In this document: positions 1 to 8,008 of the stretch, one piece after another
How the letters are laid out: each line of letters opens with the position of its first letter
Numbering within the stretch: position 1 is the first letter of the stretch
Source of the DNA: Fidelibacterota bacterium
Lineage (GTDB): Bacteria > Bipolaricaulota > Bipolaricaulia > UBA7950 > UBA9294
DNA length: 28,961 nucleotides
NCBI GenBank assembly: GCA_024278395.1
Contig: JAJRTG010000081.1
Coordinates: 1-28,961, forward strand
Direction of reading: 5' to 3'
Translations under genes and position numbers: made by a program
Notes under the pieces: model-generated
Databases searched by the model: none
Seen by the model: the letters and a program-made list of their open reading frames with translations, nothing else
What the model was told of the DNA's origin: nothing

Positions 1-891
1 GATAAGCCGGACCTGCGCTTCGGGATGGAGATCCACGACCTCTCTCCGGTCGTCCGCGAGAGCGGATTCCGCGTGTTCGACGCCGCGGTGGCGGGCGGAG
101 GGAAGGTCCTGGGGATCAATGCCGTCGGCTGCGCCGGGTACTCGCGGGGGGAGCTCGACAAGCTGCAGGAGCTCGCGATGCGTGAAGGAGCGAAGGGGCT
201 CGCCTGGATCAAGCTGGAGGATGAACCCCGCTCCCCGATCGTAAAGCACCTCTCTGCGGACGCCATTTCCGGGATCATCCGTGATCTCGGGGCGAAGGAG
301 GGGGATTTGATCCTCATCCTCGCTGGGCAGGGGATCGAGGAGGCGATGGGAGCGCTCCGCCTCGAGGTCGGACGGAAGGAGAACCTGGTCAAGTCCGGAT
401 GGAACTTCCTCTGGGTCACCGACTTCCCCCTGTTCGGGCTCGACGAGGAGGGGAACCTGACGAGCGAGCACCACCCGTTCACCTCCCCGCGGGCGGAGGA
501 CCTTCCCCGGCTGGAGTCCGATCCCCTTTCGGTTCTGTCCGACGCGTACGACCTCGTGTTGAACGGGACCGAGCTCGGGAGCGGGAGCATCCGAATCCAC
601 TCCCGTGCGCTCCAGGAGCGGATATTCAACCTTCTTGGGATCTCCAAGGAAGAGGCGGAGCTCCGGTTCGGGTTCTTCCTGCGCGCGCTCGAGTACGGCG
701 CCCCTCCGCACGGCGGGTTCGCCCTCGGGGTCGATCGGCTGGTGATGATGATGGCCGGGGAGAGGTCGCTCCGCGATGTGATCGCATTTCCCAAGACGAC
801 TACCGGGGTCTGTCCCCTCACCGAGGCCCCGATGCCGGTCGAACCGGCGCAGCTCGATGAACTGGGGCTCAGACTGAAGGACGAGGGGTGA
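1..891 (+). CDS. aspS: Aspartate--tRNA ligase, C-terminal part (5' truncated by window edge)
   Basis: Frame is open from base 1 (DKPDLRFGME). GAD insertion region, motif 2-adjacent FLWVTDFP/HHPFT, YDLVLNGTELGSGSIRIH and motif 3 GAPPHGGFALGVDRLVM are typical of bacterial AspRS. Ends TGA at 889-891. Confidence 0.97.
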   Translation, partial: DKPDLRFGMEIHDLSPVVRESGFRVFDAAVAGGGKVLGINAVGCAGYSRGELDKLQELAMREGAKGLAWIKLEDEPRSPIVKHLSADAISGIIRDLGAKEGDLILILAGQGIEEAMGALRLEVGRKENLVKSGWNFLWVTDFPLFGLDEEGNLTSEHHPFTSPRAEDLPRLESDPLSVLSDAYDLVLNGTELGSGSIRIHSRALQERIFNLLGISKEEAELRFGFFLRALEYGAPPHGGFALGVDRLVMMMAGERSLRDVIAFPKTTTGVCPLTEAPMPVEPAQLDELGLRLKDEG

Positions 892-896
892 GGTAG

Positions 897-1769
897 ACGG
901 ATCGACGCAAGCTTTTCATCCTCTCTCTCTTCCTCCTGATCTTCGTGGGGGTCGCGATCCTGAGCGGCGGTCTCACCAAGCTTCGGTTTCAGCCGGGAAA
1001 ACCGTTTCCCCAGGAGGCTCCCCCGGCTCCCCCGGACATCGGGGAGACGGGCCGCAACCTTCAACCCGCGTGGCTGGCCGAGATGTTTCAGCGCCTCATC
1101 TACGCCATCGTCCTCCTTGCCGTCGTCATCACCGCGATCGGGGCGATCGTCTCCCACCAGTTCCGCCGGTTCCTCCTGCGACAGCTCCCCCCCATCCTGG
1201 TCCTATTCCTCCTCCTCGTCCTGTTCTCCCTCTTCTTCCATCCGGAACAGGCCAAGCTTGCGTCATCCCACCCGCCGCCCCCCGCGGCGCCTCCGGCGGC
1301 GGGGAGCGCCCCGGAATACGTCCCCCCTGCAGTGACCCCGCCGAACTGGTCGGTTGTTCTGATCGCGCTCGGGACGGCGGGTGGGATCGTCGGGCTCGGG
1401 TTCGCCGCGTGGTGGAGGTTCCGCCGCGCGAAGCCTGTTCCGGAGGAGCGGGACGTGCTCGCGGAACTGGGGGTGGAGGCAGGAGCGGCGGCGGCCCGCA
1501 TCCGCAGCGGGGAGGAGCCGCGGGACGTGGTGATCAGGGCGTACAAGGAGATGTGCGACATCCTCTCCCGGCGGGTGGAGAACCCCGACTACCTCACCGC
1601 GCGCGAGTTCGCTCGCCGGCTTCGTGCGCGCGGGATGCGGGATGAACACGTCGACCGGCTCACCCGGATCTTCGAGGAGGTCCGCTACGGCCACCGCGAA
1701 GGGACCCGGTTCGCCGGGGACGCCGTCTCCTGTCTGGAGGAGATCAGGGATGCCTACGCCCAGGGATAA
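897..1769 (+). CDS. DUF4129 domain-containing membrane protein (start anomalous; see findings)
   Basis: Several TM segments and a Pro-rich linker. C-terminal 'VVIRAYKEMC...YLTAREFARRL...RLTRIFEEVRYG' is the DUF4129 signature. The hydrophobic segment DRRKLFILSLFLLIFV lies in frame upstream of the GTG at 945. Confidence 0.8.
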   Translation, partial: TDRRKLFILSLFLLIFVGVAILSGGLTKLRFQPGKPFPQEAPPAPPDIGETGRNLQPAWLAEMFQRLIYAIVLLAVVITAIGAIVSHQFRRFLLRQLPPILVLFLLLVLFSLFFHPEQAKLASSHPPPPAAPPAAGSAPEYVPPAVTPPNWSVVLIALGTAGGIVGLGFAAWWRFRRAKPVPEERDVLAELGVEAGAAAARIRSGEEPRDVVIRAYKEMCDILSRRVENPDYLTAREFARRLRARGMRDEHVDRLTRIFEEVRYGHREGTRFAGDAVSCLEEIRDAYAQG

Positions 1770-2349
1770 GAGACAACGTAGATGGACCATCGGGCTGCTC
1801 GCGGCCGGTCTCGTCGGGTTCCTCACCATGCTGTTCATCCTCTTCCTCCAGGAGTGGTTCCGCCGTGCAGTAGCCGTCCCCGTCGTTCAGGCATACTGGC
1901 GCATACGATTCTTCCTCTCCCTCCTCCCCCAATACCTGGTCTGGCTCGTTCCCGCACTTGTGATGGGGGCGATCATCCTCGCGCGCCTCCCGCGGACGCT
2001 GCCGCCCCTGCCGCAGGGGAGAGCGCGGAGAACGGGGCGCAGGCGGGAGACCGACCCTCTCCTCTCCCTGGCGGCAACGATCTCCCACGCCCGCCGCCGC
2101 CCGTTCTACCGAAGGACGATCGTGCGGGAGCTCGGAAAGACGGCGGTACGGATCATCGCGAGGCGGGAGGGGCTGTCCCTTCCGGAGGCGCGGAAGCGGT
2201 TCGAGAGCGGCGATTGGTGCGAGAATCGGGCGGTACGGGATCTCTTCCTCTACGCCCGGGGGAACGGAGGAATGGACAAGGTATACGATTTCGAGCGTAG
2301 GCTGGACGAGGCTATATCCGTCCTGGAAAAGCTGGAACAGGGGGTATGA
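1750..2349 (+). CDS. Hypothetical membrane protein (199 aa) of the MoxR/DUF58 operon
   Basis: ATG at 1750 with GGAGGAG upstream, overlapping the previous gene's end. Two to three TM helices followed by a soluble domain. Its TGA abuts the MoxR ATG. Confidence 0.72.
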   Translation: MPTPRDKRQRRWTIGLLAAGLVGFLTMLFILFLQEWFRRAVAVPVVQAYWRIRFFLSLLPQYLVWLVPALVMGAIILARLPRTLPPLPQGRARRTGRRRETDPLLSLAATISHARRRPFYRRTIVRELGKTAVRIIARREGLSLPEARKRFESGDWCENRAVRDLFLYARGNGGMDKVYDFERRLDEAISVLEKLEQGV

Positions 2350-3300
2350 ATGAAGATAGCCGAAGTGGCGGCGCGCAGCCGCGCGATCATCGACGAAGTG
2401 AGCAAGGCGATCGTGGGGAAGGAGGAGGTCCTCGAGCTGGTCTTAACCGGGATCCTCGCCGGGGGACACATCCTGTTCGAGGACTATCCCGGCCTCGCCA
2501 AGACCCTGATCGCCCGCAGTTTCTCCCAGGTCCTGGGGATCGAGTTCAAGCGCATTCAGTTCACCCCCGATCTTCTCCCCGGGGACATCACCGGCTCGTA
2601 CATCTTCGATCGGGATAAGGAGGAGTTCGTCCTGTCCAAGGGGCCGATCTTCGCTCACCTGATCCTGGCCGATGAGATCAACCGGGCCACCCCGAAGACC
2701 CAGTCCGCCCTGCTCGAGGCGATGCAGGAGTTTCAGGTGACGATCGCGGGGGAGACCCTCCCCCTTCCGGCTCCGTTCATCGTGATCGCCACCCAGAACC
2801 CGATCGAGTATGAGGGGACGTTCCCACTCCCCGAGGCCCAGCTCGACCGGTTCATCATGCGGCTCAAGGTCGGGTATCCGGAGCCCGCCGAGGAGCTTGA
2901 GATCCTGAAGCGGAGGAGGGAAAGGAAGGCCGACGAGATCGTCCTCTCCCAGGTGACGAACGCCGATGATCTCCTCGAGATGAGGGCGGCGGTGGAGGAG
3001 GTGTTCATCGATCCGGATGTGGAGTCGTACATCGTGACGATCGTGACCCGGACGCGGGAGGACACGAACGTGTACGTGGGGGCGAGCCCGCGCGGCTCCC
3101 TCGCCCTGCTGAAGCTGACGCGGGCGTGGGCGGCCCTGCACGGGCGCGACTACGTCCTCCCCGACGACGTCAAGACCCTCGCCGTCCCCGCCCTCGTCCA
3201 CCGGCTCATCCTCAGCCCGGAGCTCTGGTCGAAGCGGATCGGCCCGCAGGACGTGGTGGAGAACATCCTCCGCTTCGTTCCGGTCCCCAAGGTCGATTGA
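2350..3300 (+). CDS. moxR: MoxR-family AAA+ ATPase
   Basis: GHILFEDYPGLAKT (Walker A variant), RIQFTPDLLPGDITG, LADEINRA (Walker B), ATQNPIEYEGTFPLPEAQLDRF, GASPRG. Confidence 0.95.
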   Translation: MKIAEVAARSRAIIDEVSKAIVGKEEVLELVLTGILAGGHILFEDYPGLAKTLIARSFSQVLGIEFKRIQFTPDLLPGDITGSYIFDRDKEEFVLSKGPIFAHLILADEINRATPKTQSALLEAMQEFQVTIAGETLPLPAPFIVIATQNPIEYEGTFPLPEAQLDRFIMRLKVGYPEPAEELEILKRRRERKADEIVLSQVTNADDLLEMRAAVEEVFIDPDVESYIVTIVTRTREDTNVYVGASPRGSLALLKLTRAWAALHGRDYVLPDDVKTLAVPALVHRLILSPELWSKRIGPQDVVENILRFVPVPKVD

Positions 3301-4586
3301 TGGAACATCGGGAGCGGTTGGCCGCCGCCGCGGGGATGACCGCGGCGCTAGTCGTGCTCGGGATCGTAGTCCACGACGGGCGCGTCCTTGGACTCGCCGT
3401 CCCCTACCTTGTCTACTTCGCCTGGATCGTCCTCTCCCGCCCCGCAAGCGGCGGGATCGAGGTGACGCGGCAGATTCACCCCGACCGCGTCCCGGCGGGG
3501 GAGGAGATCGAGGTGGTCCTGACGGTGGAGAACCACGGGACGGCCGTCCCGTTCTTCGGGCTGGAGGAGCTCCTCCCGGATGGACTCAACGTCATCGACG
3601 GGGAGACGACCGCGCTCGCCCCGCTCCCCGCCGGGGGGAGAATCTCGATCTCGTACACCATCGTCCCGCAGCGGGGGGAGTACGAGCTACCTTCCGTCCG
3701 GACCAAGCGCTGGGGACATGGGGCACCGGCACCGCTGGTGGAGGAGATCCGATGTCCGTCATCACTCCTCGTCCTCCCCCGGCCGGCCCCGCTCGCGGAG
3801 ATCGAGATCCGCCCCCGTCGTACTCTGGTCTACGCCGGGACGGTGAAGGCGGACGTCGGAGGGGCGGGGATCGACTTCTTCGGATGCCGCAACTACACCC
3901 CCGGGGACGATGTGCGCCGGATCAACTGGCGCGCCTACGCCCGGACCGGGCGGCTCGTGGTGAACGAGTACGAGCAGGAGAGGATCGCCGACGTGAACGT
4001 GATCCTCGACGCCCGTGCCCGTGCGCACCACCGCTCCTCCGACGGGGACACGTTCGAGCCGGCGGTGCACGCGGCGGCAAGCCTCGCCGTCCATTTCCTC
4101 GAACAAGGGAACCGCGTCGGTCTCCTCATCTACGGGGACGTCCTCGACTGGACCTATCCCGGGTTCGGACGCACCCAGCGGGAACGGATCCTCGATTCCC
4201 TCGCCGCCGCCCGTCCGGCGGACAAGGCGGTGTTCGAGGACCTGCGCTACATCCCGACGCGGCTCTTCCCCTCCCGCTCCCAGCTGGTGGTGGTGAGCCC
4301 GCTCGCCGGTGAGGAAGACGTGGAGATCCTCGGTCTGCTGCGGGCACGCGGCTATCACGTGATCCTCGTCTCCCCTGACCCGCTCGACCGCTGGATCGAG
4401 AGGAACACCGGAAAGACGGACGAGGGGAGCCTGCGGCTCGCGGCCCGGCTCATCCGGCTCGACCGCCGTGTCCTCCTCGACACCCTCGCCCGCATCGGGG
4501 TGGAGGTCGTAGATTGGCCGGTCGATGAGTCCTTCGCCCGCGCCGTCGATTGGGCCCTGTCCCGGCGCGGAAGGAGGTTCAGATGA
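3300..4586 (+). CDS. DUF58 domain-containing protein (428 aa) with N-terminal TM segments and an Ig-like beta-sandwich
   Basis: ATG overlaps the moxR TGA. DUF58 core 'DFFGCRNYTPGDDVRRINWRAYARTGRLVVNEYEQE...VILD'. Follows moxR as is usual for this family. Confidence 0.9.
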   Translation: MEHRERLAAAAGMTAALVVLGIVVHDGRVLGLAVPYLVYFAWIVLSRPASGGIEVTRQIHPDRVPAGEEIEVVLTVENHGTAVPFFGLEELLPDGLNVIDGETTALAPLPAGGRISISYTIVPQRGEYELPSVRTKRWGHGAPAPLVEEIRCPSSLLVLPRPAPLAEIEIRPRRTLVYAGTVKADVGGAGIDFFGCRNYTPGDDVRRINWRAYARTGRLVVNEYEQERIADVNVILDARARAHHRSSDGDTFEPAVHAAASLAVHFLEQGNRVGLLIYGDVLDWTYPGFGRTQRERILDSLAAARPADKAVFEDLRYIPTRLFPSRSQLVVVSPLAGEEDVEILGLLRARGYHVILVSPDPLDRWIERNTGKTDEGSLRLAARLIRLDRRVLLDTLARIGVEVVDWPVDESFARAVDWALSRRGRRFR

Positions 4587-5059
4587 GGTGGGCCGGCCTA
4601 CTCCTCTTTCCCGCTGGGATGCTCATCCTCGCTGCGACCGGGTACGCAGACGGGGAAGCGGTCGTGGGAACGATCGCCGTCATCGGCGCAGTCGGCTGGA
4701 TCCTCCTCATCCTCCGCCGAACCGGAGGAGCAGCGGCCCTCCTCGGGGTCTCCGGCGGAATCGGGCTCTTCCTCCTCTTCACCGGGAGCGGGTTCTATCC
4801 GATCCTCGCCGGGGAGGTCCTCGCGATCCTCGGGTTGGAGGCCGGGATGAGCCGTCGCGAGATCTCACCGTTCCCGAAGGAGCATCAGGACAAGTTCTCG
4901 CGCCGGATGCTCCTGCTCCTCGGATCGGCCGGGATCGGGAGCGGCGGGCTGGCAGTCCTCGCCGTCAACCTCCACCTCACCCTGCGGTTCCTTCCGGCCC
5001 TCGGGATCTCCCTCGCCGTTCTCGCCGGCCTCGCTCTACTCCTCCGCCGGGTGAAATAA
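4583..5059 (+). CDS. Hypothetical multi-pass membrane protein (158 aa)
   Basis: AAGGAGG RBS, ATGA overlap with the DUF58 stop, about 5-6 hydrophobic helices, TAA stop. Confidence 0.78.
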   Translation: MRWAGLLLFPAGMLILAATGYADGEAVVGTIAVIGAVGWILLILRRTGGAAALLGVSGGIGLFLLFTGSGFYPILAGEVLAILGLEAGMSRREISPFPKEHQDKFSRRMLLLLGSAGIGSGGLAVLAVNLHLTLRFLPALGISLAVLAGLALLLRRVK

Positions 5060-5084
5060 AAAGCGGGCGACCTCGGCCGCCCGC
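5058..5084 (-). terminator. Rho-independent terminator of the minus-strand surface-protein operon
   Basis: GCGGGCG...CGCCCGC stem (5063-5069/5078-5084) followed on the minus strand by TTTTT (5062-5058), 27 nt after the stop at 5111. Confidence 0.75.
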
Positions 5085-5110
5085 CTCCGCTGCAATCGGT
5101 TGAACCGGCT

Positions 5111-5791
5111 CTAATGCGGCATGGTCAGGTCGCCGCAGAGCATATTCTTCACCCGCTTTCCATCGGTGTAGCCGCTGATCGTCCCCTCGAACGCAGGGAC
5201 CCCGTTCCCTTGCGCCGGATAGAGGTCATAGGAGAAGGTGGCCACATCCCCGGCGGCGAGTTTGTTCAACCACAGGATCTGGAGCGTCCTTCCCGCCCGC
5301 TTGACGAACACACCCCCGCTCTGGGTTGCGCTCACCTGCCAACCGAGGGGGATCCTCTCCTCGATCCCGACCCCGGAGAGATCCGCTTCAGCGATGACGG
5401 TGATGGAGACGGCGATGCTCCCATCGGGCCTCCCCTACACCCGTCGTATCCCGATCAACGGCGATTTTCCGACGAGGATCCCCTTTCGCCGTGCCGTCAC
5501 CCGGCCGTCGCTTCCGACCACGCGCAGGGTCACCTCTTCGTACCCCGCGGCGGCGAAGGTGTGGTCGACGAACGGGTCGGAGCTGGAGAGATCGGATACC
5601 CCGTCTCCGTCGAAGTCCCACTCGTACTCCACGGCCCCGGCGGTGCACGCCTCACAGACGGAGAACGTCACCGCCTCCCCCACCGCCGGGTTGTAGGTCG
5701 TCGGATCGAAGTCGATCCCCTGTCCGAACGCGGCAAGCCCGATCCAAAGAAGGAGCGCGCCGCCCAACGTGATTAACAATCCTCTTTTCAT
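5111..5791 (-). pseudogene. Secreted PKD + beta-sandwich protein interrupted by an in-frame TAG at codon 119 (pseudogene, sequencing error or readthrough)
   Basis: ATG at 5791 with GGAGGGG RBS, signal peptide, PKD (EWDFDGDG...HTF...VTLRV). After the TAG at 5435-5437 the frame stays open for 107 codons (GRPDGSIAVSITVIAEADLSGVGIEERIPLGWQV...), matching the beta-sandwich module of the neighbouring genes. Confidence 0.8.
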
Positions 5792-5828
5792 ACCCCCTCC
5801 AAAAGAACCCGAGGCCACGATCCGCCCC

Positions 5829-7973
5829 CTAGGGGAGCGGATCGTGAACCGAGGTGTCGGTCAACCAATAAGCGATCAGATCCTGCATCGTCGCCAGATC
5901 AATCGTCGCGCCGTTCGTATACGGCACCTTATCGCCGGAGATCCAGAGCGAAACCGCATACTGAATCTGATCGAACGCGATCTGCGGCGGGAGGCAGAGA
6001 TCGATCGTGTCCTTTTCTGTATCCCAACGCGAGATGACCACCGCGACGGGGAGGTACGCCACGCGTGTCACCTTGTCCTCGCCGAGGACCATCTGCGAAA
6101 GCCGCGGGGAAGAACTCCCCACGATCCCGTTTATCGAGACCTGCTCCACGCCGGAGTCTGGAAGCGGCGTATCGGGAGCGGTCAGGGTGTAGGTGATCAC
6201 GCGTTGATCTCCGTCCTTCAACGTCTCCATGAAGAGCCAGTCGTGCGAGGCCTCCCGCAGGGTGGCGTTCCCGCTGTCCACGGCCTTGAACGTCCAACCG
6301 TCCGGGATATCCTCGTGCAGGCTCAACCCATGCACCTCGGTGTTGGCGGTGATCGTGACCGTCACCGTGACCACCCCGCCGGCGATCGTCTGATCATCCG
6401 GCAGACAGGTGTCGATCGTGCGCACCACGGTCACGCTCGGCAGGACATCGATCGTCTTCGTGTACGCCCCCTTCCCGCCGGCGTTGTCGGTAACGACGAG
6501 CGTCACCTGCACCTCGCCGGCCGCGGGGAAGGTATGGGTCACCTGCGGCGAGCCGGTGGTCTCGTCGAAGATCCCGTCGCCGTCGAAGTCCCACGCGTAA
6601 GAAACGATGCTTCCGTCGATATCGTTGGATCCGCTTGCGTCCAGCGTCGCCTCCACCCCACTGCGCGGTTGTTTCGGATCACAGGTGAACAGCGCCGTCG
6701 GATCGGTGTTGTGCACCGTAATCGTCTCCTCCGCCGCGGCGGAGCGTGCCCCGCGGTCGTCCACCACCACCAGGCTCACGGTGTAGGAACCGGGCTGGGT
6801 GAAGCGGTGCTGCGGATTCTGTTCGGTGCTCGTACCACCGTCCCCGAAATTCCACTCCCACGCTACAACTTCCCCGTCCGGGTCGCTCGACGCATCGGTG
6901 AACTCGACGACATCGCTCGACGAGGGGGCCTGCGGCGAGTACGTGAAACCAGCGACTGGAGGGACGTTGGGGGCGATCACCGAGATCTCAAGCGGGGTGA
7001 TGGGGATGGTGCTTGCCACTCCGCGGAAGTTGCTCAGGGTCACGGTCGAGCCTGCATCCGTCTCCCACTTCCCCGTCTTCTTCCCCTTGAGGATGACCGT
7101 GGCCGTCCAACGGGCACCGAGTCCGAGCGCCCCGATCCTCCAGGTTGCGGTCGTCGTGCCGTCCGGGTTCTGATCGATTCCCGCGGGGGTCGGAGAACCG
7201 CCTGCGTAGCTCAGTCCGGCGGGGATGACCTTCGTGATCGTGATGTCGGTCGCGGCCTGGCGGACGGCGAGGCGCTCCATGATCCGCCCCACCGTCGTAT
7301 CCTTCGGCCGGGGGAAGAAGAGCCCGCCGGTCTTGGCGGCGAACTCCTCGAGGAGATTCTTGTCTATGAGATTGCCGATCCCGACCGAGATGATCTTTAT
7401 CCCCAGCTCCTTGGCCACGTCCCCCTCCACCCCTGGATCACTCCCGACGTTGTTCTGCCCGTCGGTGAGGAGGATCTCACTGAGGACGGCGTTCGGTCGT
7501 CCGTGGGAGGTGAGCTCCTGGCGCGCGAGCCTGAGGGCGTCTCCGAACGCGGACTTCCCTCCCCGGACGAGGTCGGCGATCGCCTTCTTGACCTGTGTCC
7601 GATCATCGGTCAGCGGGATGACGAGGTTCGCCTGCGTGGCGAACGCGACCACTCCGACACGGTCGCCGTCCCCGAGCCTGTTCAGGATATCGAACGCCAT
7701 CTGCTTGGCGGTGTCGATCGCCGCTGTGGCCGAGACATCGATCACAAGCACGCAGTCGATCGGAAACCTGTCGGCCGGTCCCTTCCCCGTCAGGGTGAAG
7801 GTGAGGGTCGCGCTGTCCGGGCTTCCACCGCTCCCGGCGAGATAGATCTCATTCGGAGCAACGGACTGCTGCACCTGGACGTAATCGGCCCCCACAGCGG
7901 CCACCGTCACCAGAACCACCATCAAGAATACGGCGAGGGGAAGCCCCCCCGCCGCGTTGTACCTTCTTTTCAT
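5829..7973 (-). CDS. Secreted VWA + beta-sandwich + 2x PKD + beta-module + dockerin-like protein (714 aa)
   Basis: AGGAG RBS before ATG 7973, signal peptide, VWA (DCVLVIDVSAT...DRVGVVAF...ILLTDGQNN...IISVGIG), two PKD repeats (WEWNFGDG; YAWDFDGDG), C-terminal repeated modules. Confidence 0.88.
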   Translation of the reverse strand: MKRRYNAAGGLPLAVFLMVVLVTVAAVGADYVQVQQSVAPNEIYLAGSGGSPDSATLTFTLTGKGPADRFPIDCVLVIDVSATAAIDTAKQMAFDILNRLGDGDRVGVVAFATQANLVIPLTDDRTQVKKAIADLVRGGKSAFGDALRLARQELTSHGRPNAVLSEILLTDGQNNVGSDPGVEGDVAKELGIKIISVGIGNLIDKNLLEEFAAKTGGLFFPRPKDTTVGRIMERLAVRQAATDITITKVIPAGLSYAGGSPTPAGIDQNPDGTTTATWRIGALGLGARWTATVILKGKKTGKWETDAGSTVTLSNFRGVASTIPITPLEISVIAPNVPPVAGFTYSPQAPSSSDVVEFTDASSDPDGEVVAWEWNFGDGGTSTEQNPQHRFTQPGSYTVSLVVVDDRGARSAAAEETITVHNTDPTALFTCDPKQPRSGVEATLDASGSNDIDGSIVSYAWDFDGDGIFDETTGSPQVTHTFPAAGEVQVTLVVTDNAGGKGAYTKTIDVLPSVTVVRTIDTCLPDDQTIAGGVVTVTVTITANTEVHGLSLHEDIPDGWTFKAVDSGNATLREASHDWLFMETLKDGDQRVITYTLTAPDTPLPDSGVEQVSINGIVGSSSPRLSQMVLGEDKVTRVAYLPVAVVISRWDTEKDTIDLCLPPQIAFDQIQYAVSLWISGDKVPYTNGATIDLATMQDLIAYWLTDTSVHDPLP

Positions 7974-8008
7974 CGCGATCAACTCCTATCGTTCGCTCGT
8001 CCCATCAG

